Positions 18,196-27,771 of a stretch of DNA of 64,000 bases are shown here, piece by piece (position 1 is the first letter of the stretch; each line of letters opens with the position of its first letter). This DNA is from a bacterium (GTDB lineage Bacteria; Hinthialibacterota; Hinthialibacteria; Hinthialibacterales; Hinthialibacteraceae), in NCBI GenBank assembly GCA_963662285.2, contig CAXXMV010000008.1:896001-960000 (forward strand). The letters are read 5' to 3'. The notes beneath the pieces were generated by a model that worked only from the letters and a program-made list of their open reading frames with translations, was not told the DNA's origin and did no database searches. Made by a program: the position numbers and the translations under genes.

Positions 18196-19434
18196 ATGCA
18201 AGTCTACAAGATATTAGGGATTTTTAGTTTTATTTTGCTTATGACTTCCATGGTTATTGCAGAAGATTGGAATCAGTTTCGTGGACCTAAGCGGGATGGC
18301 AGATCAACGGAAAAAGGATTGCTCAAAAACTGGCCGGAAGATGGTCTGGCGACTCTTTGGTCATATCAAGGGCTTGGCCGGGGATACGCCACGGTCTCCA
18401 TAGTAGATGGAATCATCTATACAACCGGGATGATCGATGATACAGGCTATCTTTTTGCAATTCACGATAACGGTGAACTCAAATGGAAAAAGGCTTATGG
18501 TCCGGAGTGGACAGGGCCTTATCCCGGAACGCGTTGCACTCCAACAATTGACAGGAATCGCGTCTATATCATGAGCGGACATGGGCGTATTGCCTGTTTT
18601 GATAGAGAGAACAGCGATCTGATCTGGCAAGTGGATACGCTGGAGAAATTCCAGGGCAAGAATATTACATGGGGCATCGCCGAATCCGTTCTGATTGACG
18701 GTGATAAGGTTTTTTGTACTCCCGGCGGGGAGAATGCGACAATTATAGCTTTGAATAAGTATACGGGCGATACTATCTGGACAACCAAAGAATTGAGTAA
18801 TCTCTCGGCTTACTGTTCTCCGATTCTCTTCCCTGCAGGCCAAAATCGACTTTTGTTTACAATGGTGAAAGATCAGTTTGTCTGCATCAATGCAGCTGAC
18901 GGCAAAGCGCTTTGGACAATACCGCACGTTACGCGGAATAATATCGCCGCCATTACTCCAATCCGTTATTCTGGCGACCGGGTGTATTTTACCAGTCATG
19001 GTACTGGAGGAATCATGATCCGGTATGAAGAAGATGGAAGCAAGTTTACTGAACTCTGGACGAGTAAAGCCCTAGCTTGCCTGCATGGCGGCGTTATATC
19101 CCACAATGATCCTGAGATAGGAGAACGTCTGTATGGCTCAGATGAAAAAGGAAACTGGGTGTGTCAAGACATTGATACCGGCGAGGTAATATTTCAAGAA
19201 AAGATTTTAAGCGGTAAAGGATCCATCACATACGCCGATGGCATGTTTTACTGCTATAGCGAGAAGGGAACGCTCGGTTTAGTAAAACCTGTGAAAAAGG
19301 GTCTGGAACTGGTTAGTTCATTTCCTATTACAATGGGAAATCATGAACATTGGGCTTATCCGGTCATCTGCAATGGACGGCTCTATATTCGACATGGCGA
19401 TGCTTTGATGGTATTTGATATTCGGAAGAAATAG
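18196..19434 (+). CDS. Secreted PQQ-binding-like beta-propeller protein
   Basis: Signal peptide, DWNQFRGPKRDG, repeated Trp-ending blades, WAYPVICNGRLYIR. Confidence 0.85.
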   Translation: MQVYKILGIFSFILLMTSMVIAEDWNQFRGPKRDGRSTEKGLLKNWPEDGLATLWSYQGLGRGYATVSIVDGIIYTTGMIDDTGYLFAIHDNGELKWKKAYGPEWTGPYPGTRCTPTIDRNRVYIMSGHGRIACFDRENSDLIWQVDTLEKFQGKNITWGIAESVLIDGDKVFCTPGGENATIIALNKYTGDTIWTTKELSNLSAYCSPILFPAGQNRLLFTMVKDQFVCINAADGKALWTIPHVTRNNIAAITPIRYSGDRVYFTSHGTGGIMIRYEEDGSKFTELWTSKALACLHGGVISHNDPEIGERLYGSDEKGNWVCQDIDTGEVIFQEKILSGKGSITYADGMFYCYSEKGTLGLVKPVKKGLELVSSFPITMGNHEHWAYPVICNGRLYIRHGDALMVFDIRKK

Positions 19435-19440
19435 GTGAAG

Positions 19441-19512
19441 TTTATAGGTGGTTTTGGTGGGCTACGCTTCGCTTTTAGCCCACCCTACCGGATTTTAGTC
19501 CACCCTACCGGC
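19441..19512 (-). repeat. GTAG-type REP (family D) with partial tandem duplication
   Basis: GTAGGGTGGGCTAAAAGCGAAGCGTAGCCCACC; TTTTAG[C/T]CCACCCTACCGG occurs twice. Confidence 0.8.
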
Positions 19513-19521
19513 TTCGAGCAA

Positions 19522-20424
19522 TCATGGTTTGATTCTTGAACAATATACGCGCCATTGATCGACTGTTTGTTTCAGTTTTGATGGTACGTCTCCTCCTATG
19601 CCATAGCCTTGCACGGGGAATGGGCCTTTGTAGCCTGATTTAATGAAGGTTTTTACGAAGGCTTCTACATCAGTATCTCCCTCGCCTAAGGGCAGGATGC
19701 CTTCTTCTACTTTTAGTTCTTTTGCGTTGTTGCGCGAGCCGTTAATGGTTACGCAGTTTAGATGAGGCGCCGCTGCTTTAGCCAGTTCGCCCAGATTACC
19801 GGGGCCTTCCACTTTGAGCCAGTGATATAAGTTGACTGTGCAGCCTACATTATCACGCTTGAGTTTTGAGATAATACGCAGCGCATCGCTGGTTCGCTCT
19901 AACCAGGAACCGAAATGGGGATACAGCGAAATCTCCAGATTATTCTTTTCTGCGATATCCGCCGCCTGCGCCAGAAGTTTAACCGCCATCGCGTCGCCCT
20001 CAGCAGCGGAGGGAGAATGCTTTTTGCTGCTCAGGGTGAACCAAACCAGGGTATTGCGTCCTTTGAGTAGATTGATGACTTTGATAACGTTATCAGTAAG
20101 CTCTGGTGAGTCGATATTGGCGCCTATATAGATGGCGGCAATCTCAACCTCTGCATCATCCAACGTTTTCATGGTCTGTGGAAAAGCATCGAGCCTTTCT
20201 TTTGAACTCCCCAGCGAGATGCATATTCGCGGGACGCCGAGTTGCTTGAGTAATTCGGCTTGCCGGGCTGCGTCCAGATCGGTTTTATAAAACCAGCTGT
20301 TCATGATTGAGAGACGATTGAATAGATTATTGTCCTTAATTTCTGATGAAGAAGCATCCGAAAAACTTGTTGATAATATAAGTAAACATACAACAAGTTT
20401 GGTAAGTTTCTTTATGTAGATCAT
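19522..20424 (-). CDS. Secreted sugar phosphate isomerase/epimerase (xylose isomerase-like TIM barrel)
   Basis: ISLYPHFG, NLYHWLK, ILPLGEG and GYKGP motifs; signal peptide. Confidence 0.75.
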   Translation of the reverse strand: MIYIKKLTKLVVCLLILSTSFSDASSSEIKDNNLFNRLSIMNSWFYKTDLDAARQAELLKQLGVPRICISLGSSKERLDAFPQTMKTLDDAEVEIAAIYIGANIDSPELTDNVIKVINLLKGRNTLVWFTLSSKKHSPSAAEGDAMAVKLLAQAADIAEKNNLEISLYPHFGSWLERTSDALRIISKLKRDNVGCTVNLYHWLKVEGPGNLGELAKAAAPHLNCVTINGSRNNAKELKVEEGILPLGEGDTDVEAFVKTFIKSGYKGPFPVQGYGIGGDVPSKLKQTVDQWRVYCSRIKP

Positions 20425-20443
20425 TTAGATTAGCTCCTTCATA

Positions 20444-20535
20444 TTTATAGGTGGCTTTGGTGGGCTACGCTTCGCTTTTAGCCCACCCTACCAGCTTTGG
20501 TGGGCTACGCTTTCGCTTTTAGCCCACCCTACCGG
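20444..20535 (-). repeat. Two tandem GTAG-type REPs (family D)
   Basis: CTTTGGTGGGCTACGCTT(T)CGCTTTTAGCCCACCCTACC occurs twice. Confidence 0.8.
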
Positions 20536-20578
20536 CTCTCTTGGCGCCCTTATACCATATTTGTTGAATCATTTCTGG

Positions 20579-21910
20579 TTAAAAGATATTATTAATCGCA
20601 TCCCATGACCAGGGGTTGCGCATTCTTCTGTGCAGTAATTTATTGGCGTCTGGTGATGAAGGGAAGGTTTCTTTATCCGGGTCCCATTGCAATTTGCCGC
20701 CTACCTGGATGGCGATGTGGCCAATTTGACATAGAGACGTTGTTCGATGCCCTACTTCGGCGTCTTCCAAAGTTTGTCCTCTGGTTTTTACGGCATCTAT
20801 AAAATCCTGTTTATCGCTTTTAAGCGGAAAATGAATTTCATTGTCCTTGATCTCTGATTGCAATATGGCATCAGAACTGGCGGTAAGCTTTTGAGGGGAG
20901 AAGTTAATTTGCAACCAGCCATCTTCGCCCTCAAACCGGACATAGGGGTAATCGGTTTTATAATACAGTTTGACGCCATTGGCATACTCGTACTGTATGT
21001 CAAAGCGATTTAAGATATTCCATAATCCCTTGGTTTCCGGATAGGCGCCTTTGCCCTCAACCGATATTGGCCCGGTTCGTTCGGTTTCGTTGCCCCATTG
21101 AGCGATGTCGTTGAGATGGGCGCCCCAGTTGGTGACCATGCCTTCACAAGTATCGCGCACCCGCATCCAACCGGGGCGGGTGTAATCCTGCCGGGGATGT
21201 ACGCGATTGAGGGTGTATGGGTGCATGGGCGCCGGGCCGACCCACATTTCATAATTCAATTCTTCGGGAATCGGCATACTGGGCTGCGGTTCGCATCCCA
21301 CATCAGAGTCGGGAACGCCGGTTCGAATAGTGTGAATCTTTCCGATGCGGCCATTTCTGACTAACTCGACCGCACGGTGAAATTCTTTGAGCGAACGGAA
21401 CTCGCTATCAGTACGGAATATGCGTTTGGCGTCACGCGCGACATCCGAAAGCATACGCCCTTCCGCGATGCTGAGGGTTAATGGTTTTTCGCAACTGACA
21501 TCCTTACCTGATTTCATTGCGGCGATAGCTATGGGAACATGCCAATGATCCGGAGTGGAATTCATTATGGCGTCGATATCCTTACGCGCCAGCAGTTCTC
21601 TCCAATCCGCATAGGCGTCGCATCCTTTGTAGGAGGCATAGGAGGTCTTTTTTTCATAGGTCTTTTGGACCACGTTTTTGGCGTTATCCAGGCGCCATGA
21701 ATCAACATCGCACACAGCGGTGATCTGGACATCCGGCATTCCCAATAATTGTTTCATGTTGACGTAATAGGCCTGACGACCTACGCCGATCATGCCGACC
21801 GTCACCCGGTCATTGGCGCCAAATGCATGGCTGGCAACAAAAACTGGAGCAGCGGCGATTGCGGCGCTGGTTTTTAAGAAAGTTCTTCTTTGGATTGGGC
21901 TATTTTGCAT
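20579..21910 (-). CDS. Tat-exported Gfo/Idh/MocA oxidoreductase
   Basis: QRRTFLK Tat motif; MIGVGRQ, TPDHWH, CEKPL and WGAHLND motifs. Confidence 0.9.
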   Translation of the reverse strand: MQNSPIQRRTFLKTSAAIAAAPVFVASHAFGANDRVTVGMIGVGRQAYYVNMKQLLGMPDVQITAVCDVDSWRLDNAKNVVQKTYEKKTSYASYKGCDAYADWRELLARKDIDAIMNSTPDHWHVPIAIAAMKSGKDVSCEKPLTLSIAEGRMLSDVARDAKRIFRTDSEFRSLKEFHRAVELVRNGRIGKIHTIRTGVPDSDVGCEPQPSMPIPEELNYEMWVGPAPMHPYTLNRVHPRQDYTRPGWMRVRDTCEGMVTNWGAHLNDIAQWGNETERTGPISVEGKGAYPETKGLWNILNRFDIQYEYANGVKLYYKTDYPYVRFEGEDGWLQINFSPQKLTASSDAILQSEIKDNEIHFPLKSDKQDFIDAVKTRGQTLEDAEVGHRTTSLCQIGHIAIQVGGKLQWDPDKETFPSSPDANKLLHRRMRNPWSWDAINNIF

Positions 21911-21914
21911 GATT

Positions 21915-22625
21915 TTATTTCTCCCATACTTTTATATTAAATGCGCGCAATATTGCAGGTTTACTTTTATGCATGTCAACAACGCAGATCGAAGTGGAAG
22001 CCGCAGGATATTTTTCCCAATGATCCCACACCGGGATGCCTTTGGCGGCGCCGACCAGTCCAGCGATAATGTCGCCATGCGATACAACAATAATGGCTTT
22101 GCCATAGGCGTGTTCTAGTTTCCTGATGAAATTGTTACAGCGCTTAATGGCTTGGGCTAATGATTCGCCTCCTTTAGGTTGAGGATCACGATCCATTTTC
22201 CACTGTTCTATTCGCCAGGAAAAGGTGGAGGGGGTTCCATCTTCGGTCAGCCCCGGCGTGGGACGGTTGAAGGCTTTTTCTTGAATGGCTTTTAGCCCCT
22301 TCAATTCGGGGAGTCCTGTAAGTTGCAGGGTTTTTTTGGTTCGATCCGTTACAGAGGAAAAACAGGCGACTATGGGTTGATTGGCCAGCGCTTGGCCAAC
22401 CGCTTTGCTCTGTTTTACGCCAGCGGGAGTAATTTTATAGTAAAGGTCGGAATTTTCATCCAATTTCTGGATTTGGTGATAGGTTTCGGCATGGCGTACT
22501 ATAAAGACCCTGATTGCGTCTGGCTCAATATCGGGGAGTTCAGAAATCGATTTGACTTCTGCTCCGGTTATAGATGAGAATCCTATGAGTAAAACAAACA
22601 GCAGTATTTTGCGTATAGTTTTCAT
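21915..22625 (-). CDS. Secreted histidine phosphatase family protein
   Basis: IVRHAET, GGESL and VVSHGD motifs; signal peptide. Confidence 0.85.
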   Translation of the reverse strand: MKTIRKILLFVLLIGFSSITGAEVKSISELPDIEPDAIRVFIVRHAETYHQIQKLDENSDLYYKITPAGVKQSKAVGQALANQPIVACFSSVTDRTKKTLQLTGLPELKGLKAIQEKAFNRPTPGLTEDGTPSTFSWRIEQWKMDRDPQPKGGESLAQAIKRCNNFIRKLEHAYGKAIIVVSHGDIIAGLVGAAKGIPVWDHWEKYPAASTSICVVDMHKSKPAILRAFNIKVWEK

Positions 22626-22681
22626 GGTTATCTCCTGAAAAATTTTAAGTAATTATAAGCTAACATATTTTAATGAACTGC

Positions 22682-23146
22682 TCTAGTATAGAAAAACGCT
22701 TTCTGGCATAACTATTTGTAAGAGATTAGGATACAGGGATTTAGAGGGTTGGGTGGTTTTTATTTTTGGGTGGATTTTTGGTGGGTCGATAAGGCCGATC
22801 CACCCTACGCTAAGGCTAGGGTCAATGTCATGAAGTCAAGGTATTTCGCCCCATCTTTGGTGGCTTGATCAAGGGCTGAGCGCAATGCGCTCTTGCCCTT
22901 GGCACCCAGCGCCCAGTTCTAGTATAGAAAAACGCTTTCTGGCATAACTATTTTTAAGAGATTAGGATACAGGGATTTAGGGGGTTGGGTGGTTTTTATT
23001 TTTTGGTGGATTTTTGGTGGGTCGATAAGGCCGATCCACCCTACGCTAAGGCTAGGGTCAATGTCATGAAGTCAAGGTATTTCGCCCCATCTTTGGTGGC
23101 TTGATCAAGGACTGAGCGCAATGCGCTCTTGCCCTTGACGCCCAGT
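22682..23146 (+). repeat. 236-bp tandem duplication containing a family-D REP and a family-A element
   Basis: Units start at 22682 and 22918 (TCTAGTATAGAAAAACGC) and end at the family-A hairpin foot; a few substitutions between copies. Confidence 0.9.
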
Positions 23147-23149
23147 ATC

Positions 23150-23221
23150 AAAAGTTATTCATCAATAGAACCAATCCGGTTAGTAAGGGATTGGCGCACC
23201 GGCTAGAAGCCGATGCTCCCC
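23150..23221 (+). mobile_element. Short RAYT-derived fragment plus family-E REP
   Basis: AAAAGTTATTCATCAATAGAA..CCGGTTAG.AAGGGATTGG matches the minus strand of 51060-51106; followed by CACCGGCTAGAAGCCGATGCTCCCC. Confidence 0.7.
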
Positions 23222-23298
23222 ATTTTGATGCGTCGGGAGAACTAGGGTGAGTGGGTAAAAGGATGTTTTCAGGTAAAAACATTAAATGGAGAGAAAAT

Positions 23299-24285
23299 AT
23301 GAAACGAGCGATGAGATTAACTGGCTATTTACTTCTTGGCATGATGTGCTGTCTCACTGCATCAATCTCAGCCCATGCGCAAAACCGCAGAGCTGAATGG
23401 TTTAAGGATGCCAAGTTCGGCGTGTTCATTCATTTTCTGGGTGGAGGTCCGGAGTGGGCTGAACAGGTTAATGCTTTTGATGTAGACCAGTTGGCCAAAC
23501 AGATTGAAGAAACCAAGGCCGGATACCTTATTTTTACGCTGGGGCAGAATTCCGGTTATTATTGCAGCCCCAACGCGGCCTATGAAAAATATGCCGGATA
23601 CAAGATTGGCGAACGATGCCCGGCAAGAGATTTGCCGATGGAGATTGCTGATAAACTACTGAAACGCGGGGTCAGGATGATGCTTTATCTGCCGTCGCGT
23701 TCTCCACAAACTGATAAGCAGGCCATGGCTGGTCTGCATGACGTCCATCAGAGTAAACCGGCTCCGCAGGAATTCACTAAACGTTGGTCGGATGTTATCC
23801 GTGAATGGTCATTACGCTATAAAGAGAAAGCAGCGGGCTGGTGGTTTGACGGGGCTTATAATTCTGAAGGCTGGGATGATCTTTCCAAAGATTACAATTG
23901 GAAGACCTGGGCGGCGGCCTGCCGTGCGGGAAATCCCGACAGCATCCTGGCTTTTAATCGCGGCGCCAACCTTGAAATCGCCTTTATTAAACAGACCGAT
24001 GAACAGGATTACACCGCTGGAGAGCGCACTTTATTTGATGCAATGCCTCAAACCTATCCGGCGCCTGAACCGCTGCAATGGCATTTACTTTCGTTCCTGG
24101 GAAGCAACTGGGGTAAGAAAGACGGCCCTACCAACAGCGATCAATACATGATTGATTACATAAAGAAAGTCAACTCTATGGGCGGCGTGGTGAGCATTGA
24201 TGTGGGCATAAATGCTGATGGCGGCATCTACCAGCCGCATCTTGATCAACTAAAGGCGATTGGAAAAGCGGTTCATTCGGAGTAA
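23299..24285 (+). CDS. Secreted alpha-L-fucosidase-like (GH29-related) protein
   Basis: RAEWFKDAKFGVFIHF and GWWFDG nucleophile motif; signal peptide from ATG 23299. Confidence 0.75.
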   Translation: MKRAMRLTGYLLLGMMCCLTASISAHAQNRRAEWFKDAKFGVFIHFLGGGPEWAEQVNAFDVDQLAKQIEETKAGYLIFTLGQNSGYYCSPNAAYEKYAGYKIGERCPARDLPMEIADKLLKRGVRMMLYLPSRSPQTDKQAMAGLHDVHQSKPAPQEFTKRWSDVIREWSLRYKEKAAGWWFDGAYNSEGWDDLSKDYNWKTWAAACRAGNPDSILAFNRGANLEIAFIKQTDEQDYTAGERTLFDAMPQTYPAPEPLQWHLLSFLGSNWGKKDGPTNSDQYMIDYIKKVNSMGGVVSIDVGINADGGIYQPHLDQLKAIGKAVHSE

Positions 24286-24429
24286 CACGAATATTGTATA
24301 ATTATTACCGACATGCGTCCATGAAAATAACCGACTGCAAGTTGAATTTGATTATTGACATTGTAGTATGTTATAATGATGATTGAGGTTGAGAATCGGT
24401 TTTATATCCCAAAAACAAGGTTCATAACA

Positions 24430-25452
24430 ATGCCGGATAAAAAAGTTGATCGCCGAAAGTTTATGCAAAGGTCGATACTCACTGCATCTACTACATTAGC
24501 TATGGGGCTTGAAGATAAGGTGCTGCTAGCGCAACAGATGAATCCTGGTAAATTAAAAACAGAATCCAATAACGATAAAATGCCATGCGGGAAAATTGGC
24601 GATGTGAATATCAGCCGGATTATCTGCGGCGGCAACCTGATATCTGGTTATGCTCATTCGAGAGACTTGATCTATGTGTCGACTCTTTTGAAAAACTATT
24701 TTGATGAGAAGAAGATATTCGAGACTCTGGAGAAGTGTGAAGAGGAAGGCATTAACACCGTAATCACCCATGTAACCAAAAACGAGATGGACGGTAAAAC
24801 CACCAACCTGATCAGTAAATACCGTAACGAAATGGGTGGAGAGATTCAGTGGATCGCTCAATGCGCCCCGGATGAAGACAACATAGAAGAGGTAATAAAG
24901 ATCGCCATCGATAATGGGGCAGTGGGCGCGTTTTTGATGGGCGGCAAGGGTGATGTCTGGACCAAGAACCAGCGGCTTGACCTGATCGCTGAGACCGTCG
25001 AAACCATCAAGCAGAATAAACTTATCGCCGGAGTTGCGGGGCATTCGCTGCATGTGCCGATTGAGTGCGAGAAGGCTAATATTAATCCTGATTTCTACGT
25101 CAAAACTTTCCACCATGATAAATATTGGTCGGCCACGCCAAAAAAGAACCGGCAGGAATTCAATGTCGACATCAAGCGGTATAAGGATCATGGTAAAGAT
25201 AACGACAACATCTGGTGCATCAATCCTGAAGAGACCGCTGATTTCATGAAGAAGGTGAAAAAGCCCTGGATCGCATATAAAGCGCTGGCCGCCGGAGCGA
25301 TTCACCCCAACGTCGGCTTCAAATATTCGTTTGAAAACGGGGCTGACTTTATTCTGACGGGCATGTTTGATTTTCAGGTCACAGAGAACGCCATCATAGC
25401 CAAAAAAGTTTTAGCAGGGAAAATGAACCGCGAACGTCCCTGGTTTGCGTAA
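24430..25452 (+). CDS. Tat-exported AKR-like TIM-barrel protein, paralog 1
   Basis: DRRKFMQ; SRIICGGNLISGYAHSRDL, PWIAYKALAAG and GMFDFQ motifs. Confidence 0.7.
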   Translation: MPDKKVDRRKFMQRSILTASTTLAMGLEDKVLLAQQMNPGKLKTESNNDKMPCGKIGDVNISRIICGGNLISGYAHSRDLIYVSTLLKNYFDEKKIFETLEKCEEEGINTVITHVTKNEMDGKTTNLISKYRNEMGGEIQWIAQCAPDEDNIEEVIKIAIDNGAVGAFLMGGKGDVWTKNQRLDLIAETVETIKQNKLIAGVAGHSLHVPIECEKANINPDFYVKTFHHDKYWSATPKKNRQEFNVDIKRYKDHGKDNDNIWCINPEETADFMKKVKKPWIAYKALAAGAIHPNVGFKYSFENGADFILTGMFDFQVTENAIIAKKVLAGKMNRERPWFA

Positions 25453-25479
25453 ACAAAATAAATTTTAAAGAGGTTTATC

Positions 25480-26499
25480 ATGACCGAAAAGAAAACCGTT
25501 GATCGCAGGAATTTTCTGAAGGCATCTATCGCATCAACCGGCATGGCCGCCGGATTCAGTTTCGAAGAGCATGATTTGATTGCTTCAATGGAAGCTGATA
25601 AACCAAAACCCGTTGTGAAAAAAAGCGCCAATGAGCTGCCCTATGGCAAGATAAAAAATATTAAAGTCAGCCGGTTGTTCTGCGGCGGCAACCTGATCGG
25701 TGGTTGGGCGCACAGCCGCGACCTGGTCTACGTTTCCAACCTGGTTAAATCATATCACTCCGACGCCAAGATTTTTGAAACATTGGCTCTGGCTGAAGAG
25801 AACGGCATCAATACGATATTAACCAACCCCGTATCCGACAAGGTTATCAATTCGTATTGGAACGATGAAGGCGGAGAGATTCAGTGGATATCGGATTGCG
25901 CAACCGGCAAGGATATTATGACCGGCATCAAACGCTCGATTGATAGCGGCGCCCATGCGGTCTATGTCCAGGGCGGGCTATGCGACAAGGCGATTCTGGA
26001 TGGTCAGATCGATCTAATCGGAGAAGCGCTGGAATATATCAAAGATCAAGACCTGCCCGGCGGCGGCGGACTGGGCGCCCACAGCCTGGAGACCGTGAAA
26101 GCCTGCGTTAAAGCGGGATTCGAGCCTGACTTCTGGGTAAAAACAATTCATCCTGATCTCTATTGGTCGGCGACGCCCAAAGAGAACCGCACAGAAGATT
26201 GCTGGTTCACTGGTAATAAAGTAGACCACGACCAATTCCATGACAATATCTGGTGCTTGAATCCCCAGGAGACCATCAACTACATGAAAGACCTGAAGGC
26301 GCCCTGGATCGCTTTCAAGGTAATGGCCGCTGGCGCCTTGCATCCTAAAGCCGGTTTTTCCTTCGCTTTTGAAAGCGGAGCTGACTTTGTATGCGCGGGG
26401 ATGTTTGATTTCCAGATATTGGAAGACGTGATTATCGCCAAGAATATCCTTAGTGATAAGAACCTGGATAAAAAGCGTCCGCGTCCCTGGTGCGCATAG
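25480..26499 (+). CDS. Tat-exported AKR-like TIM-barrel protein, paralog 2
   Basis: DRRNFLK; [30 protein letters not shown] and GMFDFQ motifs. Confidence 0.7.
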   Translation: MTEKKTVDRRNFLKASIASTGMAAGFSFEEHDLIASMEADKPKPVVKKSANELPYGKIKNIKVSRLFCGGNLIGGWAHSRDLVYVSNLVKSYHSDAKIFETLALAEENGINTILTNPVSDKVINSYWNDEGGEIQWISDCATGKDIMTGIKRSIDSGAHAVYVQGGLCDKAILDGQIDLIGEALEYIKDQDLPGGGGLGAHSLETVKACVKAGFEPDFWVKTIHPDLYWSATPKENRTEDCWFTGNKVDHDQFHDNIWCLNPQETINYMKDLKAPWIAFKVMAAGALHPKAGFSFAFESGADFVCAGMFDFQILEDVIIAKNILSDKNLDKKRPRPWCA

Positions 26500-26584
26500 A
26501 ATAGTTCTGATCATTGGTTGTCAAATAATCAGAATAATGGCATTTAGTTTATACATTTAACGTCATGTAAAAATATCAGGTTTA

Positions 26585-26672
26585 GATAACAACCCCCTCT
26601 TGAATTCTCCCCCAACTTGGGGGAGAGGGATTTTGGAGATGTAAATAGTTATATCGTTTTGACTTAGTTATA
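26585..26672 (-). repeat. Half copy of the family-C REPIN-like element
   Basis: Reverse complement matches 58240-58330. Confidence 0.75.
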
Positions 26673-26697
26673 TAAAGCAAAATGGGGAGTATGATCG

Positions 26698-27672
26698 ATG
26701 ACAGACAAAAGCGTTGACCGCAGAAATTTTCTGAAAAAAACCGCCATAGCGTCTGCCGGAGCTGCAATGGCTTTTAACTTTGAAGAGAAGAACCTGATCG
26801 CTCATGCAGCTGAGTCAAATGAGAATGTTTCAAAACCTGCTGCGGCGAGTGATTTCCCTATGGGGAAGATCGGCGATTTATCTATCAGCCGTTTGATATG
26901 CGGCGGGAACCTGATCAGCACTTTCGCTCACAGCCGGGATTTGATCTATGTATCTGGCCTGCTTAAAGAATATTTCACTGATGAAAAGGTCTGCGAGACT
27001 CTGGAGAAATGCGAAGAGCATGGCATCAACACGGCTATCCTACGCGTTGACTCGCATACTATGGGGATTCTTGATAAATATTGGAACAACTGGGGCGGCA
27101 AAATCCAATGGATCGCCCAAGCCACACTGCCATCCAAAGATTTCACCAGTGATATCGATAAAGCCATAGACGCCGGAGCGCAGGGCGTATTTATTCATGG
27201 CGGAGTCGGGGACGAGTTTGTCGATGCGGGCAAGGTGGATAAGATCGGCGAAGCGGTTGCTTACATCAAAAAGCAAGGCGTGATTGGCGGCGCCGCAGGA
27301 CATAAGTTTGAAACCGTCCAGGCCTATGAAAAGGCCGGGTTGGATATTGATTTCTATATGAAAACCATCAACGCCAAGAACTATTGGTCAGCTGGTCCCA
27401 TGCCCAGAAATGACAGCGTCTGGTCTGAAACGCCAGAGCAAACCATTGAATTAATGAATAGTTCCAAAAAGCCCTGGATTGGCTACAAGGTTCTGGGGGC
27501 GGGCGCCATTCATCCCAAAGAAGGTTTCCAGTACGCCTATCAAAACGGGACTGATTTTATCTGCGCAGGCATGTTCGATTTCCAGATCACCGAAGACGCC
27601 ATCATCGCCAAGAAAATTGTATCGAATATAGAATCTGGAAAAATAAAACGTGAACGCCCCTGGCTGGCATAA
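26698..27672 (+). CDS. Tat-exported AKR-like TIM-barrel protein, paralog 3
   Basis: DRRNFLK; SRLICGGNLISTFAHSRDL, PWIGYKVLGAG and GMFDFQ motifs. Confidence 0.7.
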   Translation: MTDKSVDRRNFLKKTAIASAGAAMAFNFEEKNLIAHAAESNENVSKPAAASDFPMGKIGDLSISRLICGGNLISTFAHSRDLIYVSGLLKEYFTDEKVCETLEKCEEHGINTAILRVDSHTMGILDKYWNNWGGKIQWIAQATLPSKDFTSDIDKAIDAGAQGVFIHGGVGDEFVDAGKVDKIGEAVAYIKKQGVIGGAAGHKFETVQAYEKAGLDIDFYMKTINAKNYWSAGPMPRNDSVWSETPEQTIELMNSSKKPWIGYKVLGAGAIHPKEGFQYAYQNGTDFICAGMFDFQITEDAIIAKKIVSNIESGKIKRERPWLA

Positions 27673-27712
27673 GTTACGAGTTTGAGCATACTACCTTAAG
27701 TAATTTGAAATA

Positions 27713-27750
27713 CCCCCTCACCCTAGCCCTCTCCCACCGGGAGAGGGAAC
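27713..27750. repeat. Family-B hairpin CCCTCACCCTAGCCCTCTCCC..GGGAGAGGG
   Basis: Also at 13048, 13948, 31231, 38258, 41710 and 43521. Confidence 0.8.
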
Positions 27751-27771
27751 AATAAGGAGCAGCGCATCATC

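Noticed and set aside
5009-20535. Integron cassette array (genes flanked by repeats)
   Set aside because: The repeats lack attC RYYYAAC/GTTRRRY ends, no integrase is present, and several flanked genes are core operon members.
22703-22720. TGGCATAACTATTTGTA as a sigma-54 promoter
   Set aside because: There is no GC at the required GG-N10-GC spacing.
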